Of a stretch of DNA of 64,000 nt, positions 50,473 to 64,000 are shown one piece after another. The translations under genes and the position numbers were made by a program. Each line of letters opens with the position of its first letter. The stretch's first letter is position 1. Source of the DNA: Dictyostelium discoideum (taxonomy: Eukaryota); NCBI GenBank assembly GCA_000004695.1, contig CM000150.2, positions 2,720,001 to 2,784,000 of the forward strand. Reading direction: 5' to 3'. The notes beneath the pieces are model-generated. The model did no database searches. It was not told the origin of the DNA and saw only the letters and a program-made list of their open reading frames with translations.

Positions 50473-50684
50473 AGTTGTTGTAGTTGTAGTTGTTGTTGTG
50501 GCTGTAGTTGTGGTTGTGATTGTTGTGGTTGAGGTTGTGGTGGTTGAACAAACCTTGGTGAGTTTTCATTTATAATGCTATATTGTAATTTTTTAATTTT
50601 CTTATACTTTCTTTTTGTGTCTTGATCTATTTTTTTAAATTTATAATAAAAAAATGAAGATGGTATTAAAAGGCAACAAGCCAT
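49350..50684 (-). CDS. FNIP-repeat protein, 444 aa, with a hydrophobic N-terminus and a polyQ tract.
   Basis: A real ATG sits at 50684. C-terminal FNIP-type repeats are present (FPNSVKKIEFGKKYNNG...LPTSLKILKIG...). The polyQ is encoded by (CAA/CAG)n at about 50395-50465. Confidence 0.7.
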
Positions 50685-50867
50685 TAAAATAAAAGAAAAA
50701 GCAATTAAATCCCCACTAATTTTTGTTTATTTAAATGAATTTTAGTATTTTAGAAATTTAAAATAAAAAAAAAAAAAAAAATAAAAAAAAGACCTACTAT
50801 GAAATTTGAATGGTGCTATCAAAAGATAGTGTTTCCATATTAATTAAATTTTTAAAAAATATTTCTA

Positions 50868-50950
50868 CAAATAAATAAATAAATAAATAAATAAATAAAC
50901 AAATAAATAAATAAATAAATAAATGAATAAATAAATAAATAAATAATTAA

Positions 50951-50992
<42 letters not shown>

Positions 50993-51028
50993 AAATAATT
51001 AAATAAATAAATAAATAAATAATTAAAT
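50868..51028. repeat. (AAAT)n minisatellite of about 40 units in the intergenic region between the two FNIP genes.
   Basis: Read directly. Confidence 0.8.
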
Positions 51029-51492
51029 TGGGTAAATATGAAAAAAAAAAAAAAAACAATATTAAAAAAATAAAAAAAAAAAAAGAAACTTTAAATAAAA
51101 AAAAAAAGTTATTAAAATAATAAAAAAAAAAAAAAGTTTAATATAAAAAAAATGAAATTTTTGTAGATTGGTTTGACAATATTGGGTAATATAAAAAAAA
51201 AAAAAAAAAAAAAGGGGGTTTTGGTGTGATCTCCCACATATTGGAGAAAATTTGATTTAAAGAAAAAAAAAAATTGGATTTAAAAAAAAAAAAAAAAAAA
51301 TTTTTTTTATTTTTGGACAAAAAAAAAAAAAAAAAAAAAAAGAAAATTTAAAAAAAAAAAACCTAAAAAAAAAGTATTTTTAAAACAAAAGGAAAAAAAA
51401 AAGTTATTTTTAAAAGAAATGGAAAAAAAAAAAAAAGAGTTATTTTTATTAATTTATTAAAATTTTTATATTTATTTTTATTTTAATTTTAT

Positions 51493-52686
51493 TTATATAA
51501 TACAATTTTGGTTTGCTCTTTTTTCTAAAAATCTTTTATCATCGTCAAAATATTTATAGTTGCTTTTTACAAAAATTAAATTCACAGATTTTGGAATATT
51601 TTCCAATTTTTCATTAAAACAATTTCCCATACTCAAATATTCAATATGTGTTGGAATTTTTCCAACTTTTTTTAAAATTGGTTCATAACCACCACGACCA
51701 CAATATCCGAAAAATTCATCTCTTTTTGCATATTGGATATAACAACCCAATTGTAATTTTCTCACTGATAAAGGAACGGTATTTTCATCTAATTCTCTGT
51801 GGAAACTATGACCAAAACCCAATTCTTCAATTTTTGAAGGCATTGAGTATTTTGCAAAATTACAACCACCATTGGTAAAAGAATTTCCAAAATAAAGTTT
51901 TAAAAGATTTGGTGGTAATTGATCCCTTTCAATGGTTTGATTAAAATATTGACCAAATATAATTGTTTTAACAGATTTTGGAAATGAAAATGGTTGAATA
52001 ATAGTATTAAATTTAAAATCAAATAAAACTTCTTGAATATCTTCTGGTATAATTCTTTCCCAATGATTATTATTTAATTCTTTTAATAATGGTGAATTAA
52101 AATTTGTAAAAATACATTTATTACCACTTATAAAACCATATTCATTATTAAAATCTTTTTTATTAATTTTAATAATTTTATTTAATTGAATTGTTGTTGA
52201 TTCTGAAATTGGTAATAAATTTGAAGTAATTATATTATTATTATTAAAATTATTGTTATTATTATTATTATTTATATCAATAATTGGTTGAAATGAATTA
52301 ATATTTGGTGAATATTCATTTGGTGTAGATGATGATGATGATGGTTGTGATGGTGATGAATAAAAACTATGAATATTATTTAAATTTTGTAATTGTGATG
52401 AACAACATGAGGAAGGACCAATAGAATGTTCATAAATTGGTAAAAGTTGATGTTCTTCTTCTTTTTGGAGTTCTTCATTTAAACCAATCTTTTTGATTTT
52501 AATATTAAAATGTGATTGATTTAATGATTTTGGTGTTGATGGTTCTGGAACAAAAATTGGTTCATCCAAATTTGAAACATCATCAGGAATTTGAAAATTT
52601 AATTGTTTATTATTATTAATATTTTGATTATTATTATTAATTTTATTTTCATTTCCTAATTCTTCAACTTGTTTTTCCAATTCCAA
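51493..52686 (-). CDS. Second FNIP-repeat protein (paralogue); 3' part shown, 5' exon(s) unresolved.
   Basis: FNIP repeats are present (QPFSFPKSVKTIIFGQYFNQTIERDQLPPNLLKLYFGNSFTNGGC...). The track 'M' is a TTG and the frame stays open upstream through a hydrophobic segment (ILCFLILFFAAIIFF) into poly-T without an ATG. A short upstream ATG exon near 53000 is suspected. Confidence 0.55.
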   Translation of the reverse strand: MELEKQVEELGNENKINNNNQNINNNKQLNFQIPDDVSNLDEPIFVPEPSTPKSLNQSHFNIKIKKIGLNEELQKEEEHQLLPIYEHSIGPSSCCSSQLQNLNNIHSFYSSPSQPSSSSSTPNEYSPNINSFQPIIDINNNNNNNNFNNNNIITSNLLPISESTTIQLNKIIKINKKDFNNEYGFISGNKCIFTNFNSPLLKELNNNHWERIIPEDIQEVLFDFKFNTIIQPFSFPKSVKTIIFGQYFNQTIERDQLPPNLLKLYFGNSFTNGGCNFAKYSMPSKIEELGFGHSFHRELDENTVPLSVRKLQLGCYIQYAKRDEFFGYCGRGGYEPILKKVGKIPTHIEYLSMGNCFNEKLENIPKSVNLIFVKSNYKYFDDDKRFLEKRANQNCII

Positions 52687-52860
52687 GTGTTTTTTTAAAT
52701 TAATTGATTTTTGTTGTTGGTCTTGTTCTTCATGTTGTTGTTTTTGTAATTTTTTTAATTTTTTCTTTTTAATCTCAAAATTATCAAAGAAAATAATAGC
52801 TGCAAAGAATAAAATTAAAAAACATAATATATTTAATATATAAATATTATTAAAACTTAT

Positions 52861-52901
<41 letters not shown>

Positions 52902-54063
52902 AAAATTAGAACTTTTTTTTTTTTTCCTTTTAATTATTTAATTAAATTATTTTACATACATTCCAACTGGAATTTTATAAAAATTAATTTTAGTTTCTGG
53001 TTTTAATTCCATATTTTTTTTATAGATTTATAAATTTAATATATTTTTGAAATTTGTTGAAAATAAAAAAATGATTAATTGTAGATAATTACTTTCTTTT
53101 TAAATAAAAAAAAATCAACAGGTTGGTGATGATTTATTTTCTAATTTTTTTTTTTTTTATAAAATAATTTTTTTTTTATTTATTATAATGAAAATATTAT
53201 TAATTTAAAAGTAAAGCCCCCCATTTTGAGATTGATTAGAGAATGTGTGGGGGTAACCACAGACACACAAACTAATAAAAGAAAACCCACACTCTTTTTT
53301 TGAACTGAGGTTTTTATTTTTTTTTTAGTTTTTTTTTTTCCTAAAAATAAAAACCAAACCTTTGATCTATTTTTTATATTTTTTTTTAAAAAAAAAAAAA
53401 AAAAAAAACATTAAAACAGTGGTCCCACACCATTGTAATTTTTTTTTGTTTTTTCTTAAAAATTATAATAATAATAAAAATAATAATATTAATCAGTAAG
53501 TAAAAAAAAAAAAACACACACACAGCAAACCAAAATAGCTTTGGTAAAAAATAAAAATAATAATGTACAAGATGTCCGAAATTTTTTAATATATATAGTT
53601 ATGTGGGTATCTATTTTCTGTAAATAGATCATTTCAAAAATCAATATCTATTTTTAAACACCTTTTAAAAATAAATTCAAATGAAATTTATAATTTAAAT
53701 CCCATATCACTTTTTTTTTTTTTCCTACTTGGTGGTGAAGTTAGTTTTTTTTTTATTCAAGAAAACTGTTCGAAATATTAAAATAGAGTGAAACAATTAT
53801 TTATTTATTTTTTCTAAATTTTAAAGAAAAATAATAATAATTTTGATATATATATATCTTAACAATAATTAAAATAATTATTATTATATTTATGGCACAA
53901 ACATGTACACTCACATTATACCTAAAAATTTCAAAATATTTAATAGATTATAATAATTGAGTTGATGAAAAAAAAAAAAAAATAAATAAATAAAAAAAAA
54001 TAAAATTAAAATAAAAAAATATAATAAAAAATTTTAAAAAGTATTTTATTTTTATTAAACATA

Positions 54064-55009
54064 TTATAAATCTTTATTGAAATCTTTAAACATTTGTTTA
54101 GTGTTGGTATTATTTTGTTGTTCTTGTTCTTGTTCTTGGTCTTCCTCTTGTTCTTGGTATTGGTCTTCCTCTTGTTCTTTCTTTTTCTTTCTTTCCATTC
54201 TTAAATATTTTTGAACAACTCTATCATGTAATAATTCTGGAAATTCTCTTAATATTCCAATTAAATCAACTTGATCATCTTCATCATCTTTTAATAATGA
54301 ATTAACTTTTTCTTCATTAATATTTTTACTACTACTATTATTATCATCACTATTATCATTATTATTATCATTATTATCATTATTATTACTATTAAATAAA
54401 CCAGAGAATTTTGATTTTAATTTTTCTTTTCTTTTAATTTCATTTTTAATTTTATTATAAAATAATTGTCTAAGTTCAGGACCAATATAATTTGTAATTA
54501 AATCTTGAGAAGTTTCATCTTTAATTTCACTTTGATCTTTTACGAATAAAATATCAGGTACATATTTTGATTTAACTTTTTTACCAATAATCCAACGTAC
54601 TCTACTTTTAATTTTAACTAAACGATGTGAAATATCTCTATCAGTGACTTCAAAGAATAATGATCTATACTTTTTTCTTCTTTTCAATTCAATCTCTCTA
54701 TGTCTTGCTGGACCAACGATATCACTAGTATCCAATAAACTTTCAATACTATATGGAATATTTGTAACTTGTTTCATTGGTGTTGCTTTTAATAACTGTT
54801 CAATTTCTTTATTCTCTTCATCATTAAATTCTTTATTACTAAAACGTTTTAATAATAATTTCTCTCTTTTTTCATCATTAATATTATTATCTTGAATATT
54901 ATTATTATTATTATCATCTTGATTATTATTTATTGAAATTTCTAATTTAACTTTTTTATTTTCAGCCATATGTAAATTATTATTACCAAAATTAAATGGA
55001 TCAATGATA

Positions 55010-55040
<31 letters not shown>

Positions 55041-56697
55041 CATTATCATCATCATCATTATCATTATTTGTTTTTGTTGTTATAACTTTTGAAATGATTT
55101 TTGAATTTGAATTATTTGATTTAATATTTGAAATTGAGATTGATTTATCACTTTTTGAATGAAAATCATAAATTAATTGTTTTGCAGAATTTGTTTCAGT
55201 ATTATTTAAAATATTCTTTAAATTTGTATCTTGAATTGAATCAATTTTAATTAAATCATCATCTTTAATTAATTGATCAACTGTTTTTAAATGTCTTTTT
55301 GATTTCATTGAATTTTCATTAATGTTTGAATGATTTCTACGTTTCCAAAATATTTTAACCCATCTAAGATCACTACTCATTACAGCACCCGTTAATTCAA
55401 TATCTGCTTTCGAAATGATTGGATCAATTCTATCCATACTAAGTTGATCAATTTCATTTGGATTTTGAAAATTTGTTTTATTTTTATTTTTATTTTCTTC
55501 AAAATCAAAATCAATATTAAAATTCTCAATATTATCATCATTATTTTCATCATTATTATTATTATTATCATCATTATTTTCATTATTATTAATATTTATA
55601 TTATTTTCAAACATTTGAGATTCTTTTAAAACTTGTAATATTTTTGAAGCTAATCTTGATTGAACTACAGTTTGTAATGGTGAATCATCGTATTCTGTAT
55701 CGACATATTTGAAACCACGTTTTGAGACGAGTTTCTCTTTTTTAGCAGATTGTAATGCATCTAGTTTTGCGAAATATTTCTTTTCATTTCTAGAGATTGG
55801 TTCATCAGGTTTAAGGAAATAACTTTCAAATTTACTTGGAATTAAAATATCATTTGAATAATAATGACCATTAACTTCTGTTATACCTTTTTTACTCAAC
55901 TCTTGTCTCTTCATTTCTTCAGATTTAACTCTTTCTTCAAATGCATTTGAAAAATTTTTATCATTTATATCAATTTCTCTCCATTCACCACCATTATTAT
56001 TATTATTTGTATTATTTTGACTACCCTCTGAATAATTTTTACCAGTACCTAATGATTTCTTTATAAATTCATCATCTTTTGATTTATCATTTGAGTAGAA
56101 ATATTTCTCACTTATATATAATTTATTTTTATTTATTCCATTTTCGGTTTTTTTATTTTTATTTTGTGATGATGATGGTGATGTTTTATTTTCATAATCG
56201 TCATCATCATTATCTTCATCATTATCTTCATCATAAGTTTCATCATCATCATTAAAATCTTCCTCTTTTAAAAAATCATCATCTTCATTATAATCTTGAT
56301 ATTTATCTTTTTCATTACTACCTATAATTTCATTTGCTTCATCATCATCGAAACCAAATTCTGATTTCAATAAATCTCTTTTGTCTGAATTCTGAAATTT
56401 AGTTTTTTGATTATTATTATCATTATTACTAATATTATTATATCGGTATTCCATTAAATTTTCCATTTGTTTTTTTGAAATATGATTAACTTTAATCTTT
56501 CTATCGTAATTATCTTTTCTTTTGGTATTTCTTAATAAACTACCTCTTCCATATTTTGTTGAATAATATTTATTATTATTATTAAAATTATTAAAATTAA
56601 AATTATTATATGATTGTATTATAAAATTATTTGATATTTGATTATTTTGTTTAATTAATGAAGATGGTGTCGGAGTAGATTTTATTAATCGAAACAT
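54064..56697 (-). CDS. Low-complexity N/D-rich protein, 877 aa, with a possible mitochondrial presequence and a possible RbfA-like (ribosome-binding factor A) core.
   Basis: A real ATG sits at 56697 (MFRLIKSTPTPSSLIK). The segment ...QSRLASKILQVLKE...IELTGAVMSSDLRWVKIFWK resembles the RbfA KH-like fold signature (V.I..V.VS.DL..AKV). The product assignment is tentative. Confidence 0.5.
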
Positions 56698-56875
56698 GAT
56701 TTGGTTTTTTTAAGAAAAAAATAAAATAAAATAATAAAATAAAATAAAAAATGAAAATTAAAAAACGAAAAAAATAAAAATAAAAAAAAAATAAAAAAAA
56801 AAAAAGATATTTTTTTTTAAATTTTTTTTTTTCTTTTTCCATTACTCACACAACTCAGATTCAAACCTATTTTTT

Positions 56876-56915
<40 letters not shown>

Positions 56916-57614
56916 TTTTTTTTTTTTTTTCTTTTCAATTACTTTTTTTTTTTAAAACTTAATAACCCACCACCCTTTTATTTTATTTTATTTTATTTTA
57001 TTTTATTTTTTTTATTTTTTTTTTACACAAAAATAAAAATAAAATAAAATAAAATAATAAAATATTTTATTTTATTTTGTATATTAATTTGTTTTTTTCA
57101 TTTGTGTAAAATAGATTATTAAAAAAAAAAAAAGGAAAAAAGTAAATAAATAATAATCATTTTTTTTTTTTTTTTTATTTTTACCTTTTTCCTTTTTATC
57201 CACAAACCCCTCACAATAAAAAAAAAGTAAAAAAAAAAAAAAAATCAAAAAAAGATATAAAAACTTTTTTCTTTTTCTCTCTCTCTGTTTATACACATAT
57301 ATATATATACATAATATATATTAACAGAAATAGCTTCATTTAGATCATTTCTTGGAAGGAGATTCAACTACTCCTATCTAAAAGAAGATCCACCTGAAAT
57401 TATAAACGAACCAATTATTACAACTACAAATATTCAATTAGAAACAATAAATTATAATAATAATAATAATAATAGTGGTAATAACAGCGATACCGATAAC
57501 AACGAATTAATTGAAACATTAACAGGAACAACAACTACAATAGTAACACCATACAGACAAAGAACTAAAGCAGTATTGACAACTAATAATAATAGTAATA
57601 ATAATACTACTACA

Positions 57615-61943
<4,329 letters not shown>

Positions 61944-62083
61944 TCAATAAATAAATAAATAAATAATAATAAAAAAAACAATAAAAAAATAAATTTGACT
62001 ATTATTACTTAATAATAAAAATAATTAAAAGATTATTAAAAAAAAAAAAAAAAAAAAAAGTACTACTTTATACAATAATTATT

Positions 62084-62396
62084 TTATTTTTTTTCTTTTC
62101 TACCTCTATTATTACTAACACCACTGTTATGATGTGATGAAGAGTGAGGTGATTGATCTCTATTATGATATGAATATTGTTGCTGTTGTTGTTGTTGTTG
62201 TTGTTGTTGATATTGTTGATCATTTTGTTGATATTGTTGGTCATTTTGTTGATATTGTTGATATTGTTGATTTTGATGTTGTTGTTCATATTGTTGTTGG
62301 TATTGTTGTTGTTGGTGCTGTTGATGGTGTTGTTGTTGTTGGTGATGTTGTTGATATTGTTGCTGCTGGTGATATTGTTGCTGGTGATGTTGTTGG

Positions 62397-62437
<41 letters not shown>

Positions 62438-64000
62438 ATGTTGTTGTTGAGGAGGATTTTTACTATTTATTGAATAAGCCAAATTATTTGCCGTTATTGG
62501 TTCAACTGGATTCTCTATAAAGACTAATAATTCTGCTAAATAATAATAAGTTTTTTCATCAGGTATTTTATTTGTTCTAAAAATATAATAAAATTGTTAA
62601 TATAATAAAATTGTCTATAAAGGAAATTTGGAAAAAAAAAAAATACAAACCTAATTTCTTCATTTACTAAAGTTAATAAAGCTTTTAATAATGAAGGTTG
62701 ATACATTAAAGCCAATAATCTAATTTTTTCACATTCAGAAAATATTGATTCTAATTTTTGAGGTAAAGATTTAAAGAGTCTACTAATTTTAGTGAAATCA
62801 CTATGAATTGAGTCCATTTTAATGTATGGAATTATATTTGATTCAGCAACTGTATTATAAGACATTGTAAATTGAGATTGAATTGGTGGAAAAGGTAATT
62901 GTGGTGGTGGTAATTGTAATTTTTGAGATATACCCTGTTGATGTTGTTGTTGCTGTTGTTGTAAAAATTGTTGTTGTTGTTGCTGTTGTAAATCATTTAA
63001 ATTACCAAGTTCTAAACAAGTTAAATCCTCACCAAGAAATGGTAAATCAACATTTGGTTCAAATAAAGATAATGCTAAAACTGGTACATCATTTTCATAG
63101 GTTGAATTTATCATACCATACCAATTATCTTGAATATGAACGATTGCAGTTTTCTTTTCATTTCTCAAACAATTTTGAAGTACAGGTCCTAATGGTGGTA
63201 ATGTTGATGGTTTAGAATCTGAAATTAATGGTATTAATACATGTCTTGAAAGAGATGGTATATTATTTAATGATTTATTTGGTAAATACCCAATAATTGA
63301 TAATATTGACATTGATAAATTATTATTATTATTATTATTAGTACTATTATTATTATTATTATTACCAACACCACTATTCATTAAACTACTCTTTGGAATA
63401 CCACCATTATTTAAAAAGTTTAATAAAGTCATTGGATTTGGATAAATTGTCATTGGTGAATTTAATCTACCAAATACTAAAACACATTTATAAAGATTAT
63501 AATTATTATTAACTATTCTATTAATTATATTTGTTAATTCAATATTTAATTGTAATATACTACTAGAATTACTATTTTTAATTTGATTATTTAATTTAAT
63601 TATATCAACTGTACCACGAAAATTATTATTTACTCTAATTTGATTATTATTTTTTTCATTATTATTTAATTGACTATTATTATTATTATTACTATCGAAT
63701 TTATTACTATTATTATTATTATTTGAATGATTTAAATAAATCAAATGACTATTTGAATGATTTAAATGATTATCTTTTATACAAATTGAAATGAAATGAA
63801 ATTGATGAACAAAAGGGAATTGAAAATTTTTAATTTTTGAAAATATTGAATCACCATCACCACTACTACATTTATCAAATGCAGTACATTGATCGGTAAA
63901 TATAAATATTTCAGTCGCAACACTTGTCGAATTACCATATGTAGATTGAATTAATTCACAAACTTGATTTAAAGCATTCAATAAATCTGTACGATCTGAT
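62084..64000 (-). CDS. PolyQ/polyN-rich nuclear-type protein, partial; the 5' end lies beyond the window. Exons >64000..62651 and 62576..62084.
   Basis: The frame is open to the window edge (...SDRTDLLNALNQVCELIQ...). ...LVNEEIR(ag) | gtttgt has its donor at 62650 and the acceptor (atttttag) ends at 62577. Exon 2 (a)TNKIPDEKTYYYLAELLVFIENPVEPITANNLAYSINSKNPPQQQHQQ... is in frame with track ORF 62084..62482. The C-terminal Q/H repeats are encoded by (CAA/CAT)n. Confidence 0.6.

Overview
The window is extremely AT-rich nuclear DNA with the signatures of Dictyostelium discoideum or a close dictyostelid. It has long poly(A)/poly(T) intergenic tracts, short AT-rich introns (about 75-290 nt) with GTAAGT/GTATGT-type donors, polyQ/polyN/polyT-P coding repeats, and many (AAT)n/(CAA)n microsatellites. 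There are no prokaryotic features and no CRISPR arrays, and I could not support any rRNA or tRNA gene. About 30 protein-coding genes sit on both strands, and I built spliced models for most by reading across ORF-track fragments. Recognisable products include P5C reductase (partial), Paf1, an EBP-type sterol isomerase, a Rab32-family GTPase, an intron-containing OsmC/Ohr peroxiredoxin, a CH-CH-CH-DH-PH RacGEF of Trix type (1198 aa), a dsRBD protein (733 aa), an intact microbial-type terpene synthase beside a frameshifted pseudogene copy, a large E/K/A-rich repeat protein, Mago nashi, TAF10, two tandem SEL1L/Hrd3-like Sel1-repeat paralogs, ZPR1, two FNIP-repeat paralogs, a P4-type ATPase (5 exons) and a polyQ protein running off the 3' edge. 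Several small spliced genes that the ORF track misses are also present. The candidate I find most novel is a tandem array at 42.0-45.1 kb encoding an unrecognised ~178-aa protein family. It has two intact 3-exon copies with conserved promoters and a decayed middle copy. Note that many 'M' starts in the ORF track are TTG/GTG/ATT codons, so true starts and exon joins had to be inferred. Coordinates of splice sites are from hand-reading and may be off by 1-2 nt in places.
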